A program made the position numbers and the translations under genes. A stretch of 64,000 bases of DNA from an uncultured bacterium (lineage in GTDB: Bacteria > Chloroflexota > UBA5177 > JANWHV01): assembly GCA_963827235.1 (NCBI GenBank), contig CAWHAE010000007.1, forward strand, positions 11,726 through 75,725, in the 5' to 3' direction. Positions 1 to 9,446 of this stretch are shown piece by piece; position 1 is the stretch's first letter, and every line of letters begins with the position of its first letter. The notes beneath the pieces were generated by a model. That model worked only from the letters and a program-made list of their open reading frames with translations, searched no databases and was not told the DNA's origin.

Positions 1-1
1 C

Positions 2-823
2 TGGGCGGAAGGCCCGGCGTACTTCCCGGCCGGCCGCTACCTGGTATGGAGCGACATCCCCAACGATCGCATGCTCCGGTACGATGACGCCACCGGCACG
101 GTCGGCGTATTCCGGCACCCCGCCGGCTACACTAACGGCAACACCGTGGATCGCACCGGTCGCCTGGTGACCTGCGAGCACGGTAATCGCCGTGTCACGC
201 GTACGGAGTACGACGGCACGATCACCGTGATCGCGGATCGCTACGACGGCAAGCGCTTCAACAGCCCGAACGACGTGGTCGTGAAGTCCGACGGATCGAT
301 CTGGTTCAGCGACCCACCCTACGGCATCGAGACCGACTACGAGGGCCACCGGGCCCCGAGCGAGATCGGCGCCAACCACGTCTATCGCGTCGATCCGCAC
401 AGCGGCGCCTGCCGCATCGCCGTGGACGATTTCGACCGTCCCAACGGCCTGGCCTTCTCGCCGGATGAGCGCCGCCTTTACGTGTCGGATACAGGTTGCA
501 CGCACACCCCCGGCGGCCCGCGCCACATCCGCGTCTTCGACGTGAAGGATGACGGCACCCTTTCCGGCGGCACCGCGTTCGCCGTCTGTACCGCCGGTCT
601 GTTCGACGGCTTCCGGCTGGACGAGGCGGGACGGATCTGGGCGAGCGCGGAGGACGGCGTCCACTGCTACGACGCTGACGGCACCCTGCTGGGCAAGATC
701 CACGTACCCGAGCCGGTAGCCAACGTGGTGTTCGGCTGGCCGAAGCGCAACCGCCTCTTCATCTGCGGCACCACGTCGATCTACGCCGTGCTGCTGCCCG
801 TCAACGGGGCACGCACGTTCTGA
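2..823 (+). CDS. SMP-30/gluconolactonase/LRE family protein (5'-partial)
   Basis: Frame is open from base 2 (WAEGPAYFPAGRYLVWSDIPNDRM...). Family motifs FNSPNDVVV, PNGLAFSPD and FDGFRLDEAGRIW are present. Confidence 0.9.
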   Translation, partial: WAEGPAYFPAGRYLVWSDIPNDRMLRYDDATGTVGVFRHPAGYTNGNTVDRTGRLVTCEHGNRRVTRTEYDGTITVIADRYDGKRFNSPNDVVVKSDGSIWFSDPPYGIETDYEGHRAPSEIGANHVYRVDPHSGACRIAVDDFDRPNGLAFSPDERRLYVSDTGCTHTPGGPRHIRVFDVKDDGTLSGGTAFAVCTAGLFDGFRLDEAGRIWASAEDGVHCYDADGTLLGKIHVPEPVANVVFGWPKRNRLFICGTTSIYAVLLPVNGARTF

Positions 824-905
824 GTCCGGCTCTGCCCGATTGTGGGCTCGTTGCAGGCTGCATAGCCGGCGGGCGCACACTCGGTCGGGCCGAACGACGA
901 CCCAT

Positions 906-1265
906 TCACGCAAATGCCTTGGCCCAGGACAGCAGGTGAATGCCCTCCCGTGCGATCAGGGTTTGCAGGGTAGGGCTGGCGAGCACCTGCCACTCGCGCT
1001 CGCGCGGTTCCGTCAAAGGGTCCAGGTGACGCAATTCGTCGTCGATGTGGCCAGGATGTGCCACGAGCTCCGTGACCCCAACGGACAGGGCGCGCAGGAA
1101 CATACCGAGGGGGCGTTGGTCGCGTAGCCGGCCCATCGCCGTGAGCACGCTGAAGCGCTTTGACTGCAGTACACTTGCCGGTCCGCTGGTGCGTTGCCGA
1201 AGCGGAACGCGTGGCACGCGCACAATGGGCAGCCAGGCCTAGGTCATCCGCGTTGATGATCAAGC
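906..1265 (-). pseudogene. ChbG/HpnK (YdjC) deacetylase remnant, internally deleted and frameshifted
   Basis: N-terminal motif LIINADDLGL (~1262-1233) lies in one frame and C-terminal ELVAHPG...REREWQVLASP in another. About 120 codons in total, roughly half the normal length. Confidence 0.6.
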
Positions 1266-1375
1266 CGTCGTTCGAGCCCGCGCATTGTCCCTCTGTCGCC
1301 AAGATAGAGCACATGGCAATCGCCGACCACCGGCCGCTGCCATAATGACTGCAGCCCATTCCCCGAGGAACCGAT

Positions 1376-2248
1376 CTACGCGCCGTGGCCGCGTTTGCGC
1401 TTCAGCCACGTTTCCATGCCCATGACGCCGGGATAGATCTTCCGTACGGCCTCTACGTCGGCGTCAAATGTGTTGCGACTCAGCCAGTACCACATAGCCA
1501 GCAGGTCCTTGCTCACCATGCGGCCGAACAGGCCGGCCGGCATGGGCAAGCCGAACGGCGCCCTGCCGTTCACTCGTTTGAAGATCGATCGAGCCTCGGC
1601 GATCGATTGCGTGTCACCGGACAGCACCAGTCTTTGGCCAATGTAGACCTCCGGCTTGGCAAACACCGCCGCGGCGACGGCGCCGATATCGTCCACCGCG
1701 ATCCAATCCACGGGTTGGCGCAAGCCGATGGTTTTCGGCATCATGCCCCACCCGATAATGGGAAAATACTTCATCTCCGTCAGGTCTTCCATGAAGATCG
1801 TGGGCCGGAGGATGGTAGCCGGCAACCCAAGTTGTGCGATATGCTGCTCTATCTGCCATTTGGAATCGAAATGCGGCACCCCCGTTTGTCGATCCGCTGC
1901 CGCCACTGAGGCGAATACGAGGTGCTTCACGCCGGCGCTGCTGGAGACGTCCGCGATGAGCTTCCCGTGCACGATCTCCGCGTCTATGCCGTTGCGGAGG
2001 AAATCGGTGACCGCATACACGCCGTATACGCCGTCGAGCGCGCGCTCGAGCGCTTCGCGGTCCCCCATGTTCCCGTCGCAAAGCTCCACCCCGGTCTTGG
2101 CCAGCGCTTGTGCTCGTTTGCTGTTGGGATTGCGGGTGAGGCCGCGCACCCGCCAACCGGTTTGGAGCAGGTGGCGCGTCGTGGCACCGCCTTGGCTCCC
2201 GGTTGCAGCCGTCACGAGGATCGTCTTGATGTCCGTAGTGTTGCCCAC
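1376..2248 (-). CDS. NmrA/HSCARG family NAD(P)-binding protein
   Basis: ILVTAATGSQGG Rossmann motif, GVPHFDSKWQIE, TILRPTIFMED; 290 aa. Confidence 0.9.
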   Translation of the reverse strand: MGNTTDIKTILVTAATGSQGGATTRHLLQTGWRVRGLTRNPNSKRAQALAKTGVELCDGNMGDREALERALDGVYGVYAVTDFLRNGIDAEIVHGKLIADVSSSAGVKHLVFASVAAADRQTGVPHFDSKWQIEQHIAQLGLPATILRPTIFMEDLTEMKYFPIIGWGMMPKTIGLRQPVDWIAVDDIGAVAAAVFAKPEVYIGQRLVLSGDTQSIAEARSIFKRVNGRAPFGLPMPAGLFGRMVSKDLLAMWYWLSRNTFDADVEAVRKIYPGVMGMETWLKRKRGHGA

Positions 2249-2312
2249 TGCGCCGCCTCCCTACTCTTCCATCTCAATCTATATGACGGCGGCAGCCCGC
2301 GAAACTCGCCGG

Positions 2313-3314
2313 TCAAGAAATTGGCGTGAGATGAAATCGGGCAATGAGGCGCTCGTCGGGGTCCAGGAAGCCGTGGAGCGAGACGATACGATCGCCGGAG
2401 ATGGTCAGGACCTGAAGGGCTGCCAGCCGGTATATGCCGTCGGGGCCGCGAGAATAGGCGGCATATGCCGGGCAGCCGTTGGCCCGTGTTGGCGTCAGAC
2501 GGAATGGACGCGGCACGACACTCGTAAAGAGATGTGCCTGCAGGAACCCGCGGATGGCCTCGCGTCCCTGGTACCAGGCGGGCACCGGCGGCATGGTCAT
2601 CACCGCATCGTCACGCAGCAGGGCGACCAGTCGATGCACATCCGCTTCCTCCCAGGCCTGTACATATTCGGTCAGCAGCGCCGCGATCTGGGCGTCGGGC
2701 ACAGACGTCGGCGCATCCATCCGATACGTGCTGGGCAGCGACTGCATAGTCGCCCGCGCGCGTCGCAGGGCGCTGTTCACCGCGGTGACCGTCATGTCCA
2801 GTAGCCCAGCGACCTCGTCGGCTCGCCAGGCGAGCACGTCGCGCAGGATCAACACGGCACGCTGGCGCGCCGGGAGATGCTGCAGCGCGGCAAGGAAGGC
2901 GAGAGCCACGCTCTCACGCAGATCGTATCGTCCTTCCGGACCGACGCTCTCGCTTGGCAGGAAAGCGTCAGGGAGCGGTTCCAGCCAGATTGGCTCCATC
3001 TGGGGCGGCGGCAATGGCTCGAGGGGGTCGGCGGGTGCATGCGAATGCATGGGCAGAGATCGACGGCGCCTGTCTCGGGCGTCCAGGGCGGCATGCGTAG
3101 CAATCTTGTAGCACCAAGCGCGAAACGGGGCGCGTCCCTCGAATGACGCCAGCTTGCGCCAGGCACGCAAGAACGTCTCCTGCAGCACGTCCTCGGCGTC
3201 GTCAAGCGAGCCAAGCATGCGGTAGGAGTGGACCAGCAGCTCACGGCGATAGGGCTCGATCAGCCGCGCGAAGGCAGTCTCATCCCCTGCACGAGCGGCG
3301 TCGATATCGGACAT
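2313..3314 (-). CDS. ECF sigma-70 factor with C-terminal SnoaL-like domain (SigG-like)
   Basis: DAEDVLQETFLRAW (region 2), LPARQRAVLILRDVLAW (region 4) and a SnoaL tail with TRANGCPA. Start placed at ATG 3314 after GGAGAT. Confidence 0.9.
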   Translation of the reverse strand: MSDIDAARAGDETAFARLIEPYRRELLVHSYRMLGSLDDAEDVLQETFLRAWRKLASFEGRAPFRAWCYKIATHAALDARDRRRRSLPMHSHAPADPLEPLPPPQMEPIWLEPLPDAFLPSESVGPEGRYDLRESVALAFLAALQHLPARQRAVLILRDVLAWRADEVAGLLDMTVTAVNSALRRARATMQSLPSTYRMDAPTSVPDAQIAALLTEYVQAWEEADVHRLVALLRDDAVMTMPPVPAWYQGREAIRGFLQAHLFTSVVPRPFRLTPTRANGCPAYAAYSRGPDGIYRLAALQVLTISGDRIVSLHGFLDPDERLIARFHLTPIS

Positions 3315-3535
3315 ATCTCCCGTGTACATGCTCCCGGCATTCCTGTTCCACACGTAGCGGGGCCTGGCTGGGTGGCCTATCGGTGAAGGTACCAGCCCCA
3401 GCCTGCTCCTTGGCCGGCCTGGAGCGTCCGTGGGTGCAGCACGCCGTGTGCCGCGTCAGGCAATGTCTCTCGCCGATGACGTTGAGGGCTGCGCATGACC
3501 TACCGCCCGGCCACGGAAGGCTGCATCCGTGCCGC

Positions 3536-4294
3536 TCACTTGGTGGAAGATACGGTCATGCCACCGTCGACGACGAAGGGCGTGCCGAGAATGAACGAGG
3601 CGTCGTCGGTAGCCAGGAACACGGCTGCATTGGCGATGTCGCCGGCAGTGCCCAGGCGACCCACGGGATGGAGACGGGCTGCCTTCTCCTTCTCCTCGGG
3701 CTTGCCCCCGAAGTAGAGATCGTTGATCGGCGTATCGATCCAGCCCGGGCAGATGCAATTGAGCCGGATGCCGGCCTTCGCGTAGTCGAGGGCAGCGGCC
3801 CGGCTCATGGCGATGATCCCGCCCTTGGTGGCGGCGTAGGCGGCGTTTTCCGGTGCGCCAAACAGGCCGTCGATCGATCCCGTGGTGAGGATGACGCCGC
3901 CCGGCCGCCGGACCAGTGGCCCGCCGTACTTGATGGTCAGGAACATGCCTCGGAGGTTGACCCCGTGCATGCGGTCCCACTCCTCCTCCGAGGTGTCTTC
4001 CAGCGTCTTGCAGATCATGACGCCCGCATTGGCCACCAGGATGTCCAGCTCGCCGTCCTCTTCCCGTACGCTGCCCATCAGCGCGCGCACGGCCGCCGCA
4101 TCGGCCACGTCGACCACCGCCAAGCGCGCCCTTCCACCCGCGGTGGAGATCTCGGCGACCACCGCGCGCCCTCTCACCGCGTCACGATCGACCGCGATCA
4201 CGCGGGCACCTTCGCGCGCGAAGGCGGCAGCGATGGCGCGACCGATACCGCTGGCGGCGCCGGTGACCAGTGCAACTTTGTCCTGCAATCTCAT
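3536..4294 (-). CDS. SDR family oxidoreductase
   Basis: VALVTGAASGIG, NAG, YAATK (YxxxK), CPGWIDT. Start MRLQDK at 4294. Confidence 0.92.
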   Translation of the reverse strand: MRLQDKVALVTGAASGIGRAIAAAFAREGARVIAVDRDAVRGRAVVAEISTAGGRARLAVVDVADAAAVRALMGSVREEDGELDILVANAGVMICKTLEDTSEEEWDRMHGVNLRGMFLTIKYGGPLVRRPGGVILTTGSIDGLFGAPENAAYAATKGGIIAMSRAAALDYAKAGIRLNCICPGWIDTPINDLYFGGKPEEKEKAARLHPVGRLGTAGDIANAAVFLATDDASFILGTPFVVDGGMTVSSTK

Positions 4295-4592
4295 GTATCT
4301 GAGCCCCCAAGCGGGTAAACAGTTCATCCGGTACATGCACGCGAGACCTGAAACCCCGCCGTTCACGCCGCCTTCGCCGCTGGATGCCCCGGCGCTTCAG
4401 CGCGGAGCATCGAGTCCGCGGCAGAAGCAGGATTAGCCGCATTTCCTCCTTAACCGGACGGTATTGGACGAAAGCCCAGCATCGGGCGACGGCGCGAAGA
4501 CACGGTCCTCTGCTAGTCGCCGATGGCAGCAGAGGGTGCCCGGCTTCCCTGCCTGGACGCCGCGCCCGGGCGCGGCGTCCAGGCAGGCACCA

Positions 4593-6098
4593 CTACCAGT
4601 TCCAGCTTCCGTACTGGTTCCGCAGTCGCTGCTCGTCTGCCAGCACCAGACGTTGCACCTGCGCCAGCGCGGCGGCAGGCGTCTGCTGACCGTAGAGCAC
4701 GCGGACCGTTGCCTTGTCGAGCTGGTCTATATAGTAGACCTCAACCGGGTTGATCGGCAGGTAGGCCTGGCTGTTCCGCGCCAGGTTGGGCTGCATCTCC
4801 ACTCCCGGCAGTCCGGCCATGGGATTGCCGGACAGACCGCTCTTCTGCCGGATGGTCGCTTCACCGTCGAGCAAGGCCGTGAGCCAGCGCTTCTGATCAG
4901 CTGCCACCGGGGAGCCGTTTGTCGACGGGCCGAGCAGATAACCGTTGTCCCAGGCGATGAACTTGGCAGCCGCGAAGGCTGCCGCGGGATGGGCGGCGCC
5001 GGGCGGAATGACGATCACCTGCTGTGTGCTGGGGTAGTTCGCCGCTTCCGGCATCACGCCGTGGATCGTGGGCGGCAGCCAGGTAAGCTGATATTGCAGC
5101 CCGCCCTTGGCGCCGAACGTGAAGGAATCGAACGGCGTGAGGCTCCAGTACGAATTCGCGGACGGCGTGATCAGCGCCTTACCGGAGGCCATGTAGTCCT
5201 TGGCACTGCCGTTCCAGATGTCGGGGTCGCCCGCCAGGAATTTGGTCAGCTTGTCGTAGCCGCCGTAGAGGTCCACCAGCTGTTTCAGATAGGTGAGATA
5301 CTCCACGTTGCAGGGATCGGTGGCCGTCGGCTGGTTGCGCGCGTCGTACATGCCGTGGCCCACGGCGCACATACCGCGCGCCATGGTTTCCCAGGTGTAG
5401 CCTGCCGGTGCTCCGGTGCTGAACGGCCAGTAGCCGATCCGCGTCAGATTGCCCGAGGAGTCGAAGCGCACCGCCTTCTTGGACATGTTGTAGAGGTCGG
5501 CGAAGGTCTTCAGGTTAGCGTTGCTGAAGCCCAGGGGCGTCATGTACTTCGGCAGATAGACCAGCTGGCCCAGCAGCGGACCGCTTACCGCCGGTATGCC
5601 CCACCAGTGACCGCCGAAGTGCGCCCATTTGGCCATGCCGGGCAAGAAGTAGCTGTCGGAGACGTGGTACTGGGCGAAGTACTTGTCCAACGGCTGTGCC
5701 AGCTTGCGCAGAACCGAGAAGCCCAGGTAGCCGCCCTGAATGAACACCATGTCCGGCGGATTGCCGGAGTTGACGGCCAGGGTCAGCTTGGTCTCGAGCG
5801 TCGCCTCGTCGTTGATCGCGGTCTCTTTCCATTGCAGGTTGGGGAAGGCCTTGGCCAACCGGCTATGGAAGATGTTGTTGATGGAAAAGACATTACCAGG
5901 ACTGCTGTCGTTGAAGCCCTGCAGTGAGCCGCAGCATGTATAGACGGAGAGGGTGACGTTCATGTCGACCGATGGACCGGCGTCGGTTGCCGGCAGTCGC
6001 GCGCCGAGAAGGCTGGCCACGAGCACGGTCGCCGCCAGCACGGATAGACAGGCGCGGCGTGGCGCGATGGGCACGGGAAGACTCCTTTCCGCTTGCAT
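4593..6098 (-). CDS. Sugar ABC transporter extracellular solute-binding protein
   Basis: Hydrophobic signal peptide and the SBP_bac_1-like motif LTLAVNSGNPPDMV; lies directly downstream of two permeases. Confidence 0.8.
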   Translation of the reverse strand: MQAERSLPVPIAPRRACLSVLAATVLVASLLGARLPATDAGPSVDMNVTLSVYTCCGSLQGFNDSSPGNVFSINNIFHSRLAKAFPNLQWKETAINDEATLETKLTLAVNSGNPPDMVFIQGGYLGFSVLRKLAQPLDKYFAQYHVSDSYFLPGMAKWAHFGGHWWGIPAVSGPLLGQLVYLPKYMTPLGFSNANLKTFADLYNMSKKAVRFDSSGNLTRIGYWPFSTGAPAGYTWETMARGMCAVGHGMYDARNQPTATDPCNVEYLTYLKQLVDLYGGYDKLTKFLAGDPDIWNGSAKDYMASGKALITPSANSYWSLTPFDSFTFGAKGGLQYQLTWLPPTIHGVMPEAANYPSTQQVIVIPPGAAHPAAAFAAAKFIAWDNGYLLGPSTNGSPVAADQKRWLTALLDGEATIRQKSGLSGNPMAGLPGVEMQPNLARNSQAYLPINPVEVYYIDQLDKATVRVLYGQQTPAAALAQVQRLVLADEQRLRNQYGSWNW

Positions 6099-6176
6099 AG
6101 TGTGGGTGTGACTGGTCCTGCTACCTCTTTCTGGGCGCGATGGTCGAGATAGGCGAGTTTCGGCCCCCCTCCTTTC

Positions 6177-7097
6177 TCACATCTTGAGGCCGGTCATGGT
6201 GATGCCGCGGATCATGGTGCGCTGCGTAAAGAAGAAGAGCAGCACCGGCGGCCCGGTCAGAATGAGCGAATACGCCATGATGGCGCCGATATTGACGACG
6301 CCGTGGTTGACCACGAACTGGTACACGCCGAGAGAGAGCGTGTAGTTGCTGGGGTCGTTGAGGAAGATCAGGGGGTTAAAGAAGTCGTTGTATGTCCACA
6401 GGAAGGTGAACAGGGCGGTCGTGGCCAGCGCCGGCTTGATCAGCGGCACGATGATGTGCCAGAAGATGCGGTAGTCCGAACAGCCGTCGATGCGCGCCGA
6501 GTCCGAGAGATCGTAGGGAATGGTCATCATGAACTGGCGCAGCAAGAAGATGAAGAACGAGTTGCCGGTCAGCGCCGGCCAGGTTAGCGGGCGAAGAGTT
6601 CCCAGCCAGCCGATCCACTTATAGAGGTAGTAGGTGGGGATCAAGGTTGTCCACGGCGGCAGGATCAACGTGACCAGGACCAGGATGAACAACGCTTCGC
6701 GTCCGGGAAACCGCAGGCGGGCGAACGGGTAGGCAATGATCGCGCTCGATGCGACGGTGGCGACGACGTTGAAGGCGGTGATATAGGCCGTGTTGCGCAC
6801 GTAGTCCCAGAAGCCGGACACTCCGACCGCACTCTGCATGCCGGCGAGGGTCCAGGGATGCGGCCACATCGTAGGCGGCAGCGACGTCAGGTCGCCGTTG
6901 GTCTTGAAGGCGCTGATCACCAGCCAGTAGAACGGGATGAGGAAGGGAATGGCCGCTACCAGGAGCAGGAGATGCCGGATCGCGGCCATCCGCCGCTTGC
7001 GGCCGTAAGGACGGGTGCCCTGTCGCGTGGCGGCGCGCCGCTCGCCGTCGCGCACGTCGATCGCTGCCAGCCTGCCGCGCTCGCTGCTAACTGCCAT
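6177..7097 (-). CDS. Carbohydrate ABC transporter permease (MalG-like)
   Basis: EAA-type loop DLSDSARIDGCS, AYPFARLRFPGRE, multiple TM segments. Confidence 0.92.
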   Translation of the reverse strand: MAVSSERGRLAAIDVRDGERRAATRQGTRPYGRKRRMAAIRHLLLLVAAIPFLIPFYWLVISAFKTNGDLTSLPPTMWPHPWTLAGMQSAVGVSGFWDYVRNTAYITAFNVVATVASSAIIAYPFARLRFPGREALFILVLVTLILPPWTTLIPTYYLYKWIGWLGTLRPLTWPALTGNSFFIFLLRQFMMTIPYDLSDSARIDGCSDYRIFWHIIVPLIKPALATTALFTFLWTYNDFFNPLIFLNDPSNYTLSLGVYQFVVNHGVVNIGAIMAYSLILTGPPVLLFFFTQRTMIRGITMTGLKM

Positions 7098-8043
7098 AGT
7101 GCACCCACCTTCCCGAGGTCCGCACCAGCACCAGGGTAATCGCGACCACGACGATGGTCAGAATCCAGGCCATGGCCGAGGAGTAGCCGACGTTGCCCTG
7201 CTGGAATGCCTGGTCGTAGATGTGCAGGGAGAAGAAAAGAGTGGATCCGTCCGGCCCACCCACGTCGCCGCCGCTTCCCGTCGCCCCTGCCGTGGCGACC
7301 GTCGAGACGACGAACGCCTGTGCGAAGTACTGGAAGGAGTTGATCATGCCGAGGATCAGGTTGAAGAAGACCGTGGGCGTGATCAGCGGCAGTGTGACGT
7401 GCCAGAAACGGGCCGCGCCGCCGGCTCCGTCCAGCGAGGCAGCCTCGTAGAGCTCTTCCGGCACCCCCTGCAGGCCAGCCAGAAAGATGATGATCGTGGC
7501 ACCGGCGCCCCAGACGTTCTGCAGCAGCAGACCGGGCTTGGACCAGTTTGGATCGGTGAACCAGCCGGGCTGCGAAAGGTGCAGGCCACCGAGCACGGCG
7601 TTGACCAACCCCGTCTGAGGGTTGAGCAGCCAGAGGAAGAGCAGCGAGCTGCCGACGAAGGGCACGAGCGAAGGCAGGAAGAAAATGGTGCGGTAGATGG
7701 CGATGCCGCGCACCTTCGAGTTCAGCAGCAAGGCCACGAACAAGCCGGTCACGAGGGTGACGGGGACGCTGACGAATACCCACCACGCCGTCACGCTCAG
7801 CGTGGTGGGGAAGTCGGGATCTGTGCCGTCCCACATGGCGCGGAAATTGTCCAGGCCGATCCAGTGCGGCGGCCAGACAGCGCCCGTATAGTCCGTGAAC
7901 GAGAAATACAGGGAAAGGACGGTAGGTATCAGCCAGAGACCCAGCATGCCCACGATCCAGGGCGAGAGGAACACCAGGGCGACACGCAGCGTACGCCGCG
8001 AGTGCGGCGAAGAGCGGAACGGCCGCGCGGCAACCGCAGCCAC
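7087..8043 (-). CDS. Carbohydrate ABC transporter permease (MalF-like)
   Basis: LAGLQGVPEELYEAASLDGA EAA motif and TM segments; overlaps its neighbours as in an operon. Confidence 0.92.
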   Translation of the reverse strand: MAAVAARPFRSSPHSRRTLRVALVFLSPWIVGMLGLWLIPTVLSLYFSFTDYTGAVWPPHWIGLDNFRAMWDGTDPDFPTTLSVTAWWVFVSVPVTLVTGLFVALLLNSKVRGIAIYRTIFFLPSLVPFVGSSLLFLWLLNPQTGLVNAVLGGLHLSQPGWFTDPNWSKPGLLLQNVWGAGATIIIFLAGLQGVPEELYEAASLDGAGGAARFWHVTLPLITPTVFFNLILGMINSFQYFAQAFVVSTVATAGATGSGGDVGGPDGSTLFFSLHIYDQAFQQGNVGYSSAMAWILTIVVVAITLVLVRTSGRWVHYGS

Positions 8044-9446
8044 TAGACGACCGCCGCTTCTTCGCGCAGACTGTCGGTGAAGACGTCGAACAGCAGGTCT
8101 GCCTCGTGCTGGGTGATCGTCAAGGGCGGCGCCAGGGCAATCCAGTCCGGGTCGGCGCGCAGCAAGAGCCCCTTGGCCTGGGCGCGCTTGGCGACCTTCT
8201 GTCCAAACCGCCTATCGGCGGCGAAGGGTATGCCGGCCGCGGCGTCGCGCGCCAGGCCGATGCCGATCAGCAAGCCTCTGCCGCGCACATCCGTGATCAC
8301 GTTGAGGTCGTCGAGCTCGGCCAGGCGGCCTCGCAAGTACTCGCCCTGGCGGCGCGCATTGGCACACAGGTCGCGGTCCAGGATCTCCTGCACGCAGGCC
8401 AGGCCGGCGGCACTGGAAAGCGGATTGCCGCCGAAGGTGTTGCCGTGGGAAAACTCCACGTGATCGGCATCCTCTCCCCAGAACGCGGCTGCCACGTGAT
8501 CGCGGTAGGCGATGGCGGCCAATGGACCGTAGCCGCCTCCCAGACCCTTGCCCATGCAGAGCACGTCGGGCAGCACGTCGAAGGTCTGCGCGGCAAACAT
8601 GTTCCCGGTGCGTGCAAATCCGGTGATCACTTCGTCGAAGATCAGGAGCACGTTGTGCCGGTCGCAGATCTGCCGCAAGCGCGGCAGATAGTCGGGAGGA
8701 GGCGTGGTAATGCCGCCGGTGTTGCTGATCGGCTCGACGATCACGGCGGCGACGCTCTCGGGCCCTTCCAGATCGATCAGCCGCTCGATCTGATCCACAC
8801 AGGTTACGCCGCACCCTGGGTAGTGAAGACCGAAGGGGCAGGCTTGGCAGGTGGGCGGCATAGCCTTCAGGAAGCCGGCCAGCGTGGGCTCGAAAACCGT
8901 CTTTCGCTTGGCCAGTCCGCTGGCCGACAGGGCGCCCATGGTGCCGCCGTGGTAGGCGCGATAGAGGCTCACGATCTTGAACTTGTGGGGATTGCCCGTT
9001 TGGCGATGATACTGGCGTGCGAGCTTCATCGCCGCTTCGGTCGTCTCGGAGCCAGTGGAGAACAGTTTCACGGTATTGAGATCGCCGGGTGTGATCGAGG
9101 CGATCAGATTGGCAAGCTGAACGGCCGGCACGTTCGTGCCGTGCAGCGGCGGAGCAAAGCACATGCGATCGATCTGGGCGTGCAGCGCCGCCAGCACGCG
9201 CGGGTTGGCGTGCCCGACGTTGGCGACGAAGATGCCGGAGCACCCGTCCATGTAGCGCTTGCCGTACACGTCCCAGTACCACACGCCCTCGGCCCGCGCC
9301 ATCACCAGCGGCTCGTCCAGGAAGCTCTTCATCTGTCGCAGGTCGAGGACGATATGCCGGAGCAGATCGGGCGAGGCGTAGCGGGCAAGATCGTTGCCTG
9401 TCCCGGCAGTGTCGCCGAGCCTCACGGGGTCCTGTTCTTCAATCAT
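8043..9446 (-). CDS. Class III PLP-dependent aminotransferase
   Basis: LIFDEVITGFARTG, PDVLCMGKGLGGG (PLP Lys), HGNTFGGNP. Confidence 0.93.
   Translation of the reverse strand: MIEEQDPVRLGDTAGTGNDLARYASPDLLRHIVLDLRQMKSFLDEPLVMARAEGVWYWDVYGKRYMDGCSGIFVANVGHANPRVLAALHAQIDRMCFAPPLHGTNVPAVQLANLIASITPGDLNTVKLFSTGSETTEAAMKLARQYHRQTGNPHKFKIVSLYRAYHGGTMGALSASGLAKRKTVFEPTLAGFLKAMPPTCQACPFGLHYPGCGVTCVDQIERLIDLEGPESVAAVIVEPISNTGGITTPPPDYLPRLRQICDRHNVLLIFDEVITGFARTGNMFAAQTFDVLPDVLCMGKGLGGGYGPLAAIAYRDHVAAAFWGEDADHVEFSHGNTFGGNPLSSAAGLACVQEILDRDLCANARRQGEYLRGRLAELDDLNVITDVRGRGLLIGIGLARDAAAGIPFAADRRFGQKVAKRAQAKGLLLRADPDWIALAPPLTITQHEADLLFDVFTDSLREEAAVV

Noticed and set aside
6098-6112. Isolated GTGTGGGT matches (also ~35722, ~61060, ~61180)
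   Set aside because: Single short matches without the paired repeat or flanking blocks; could arise by chance.
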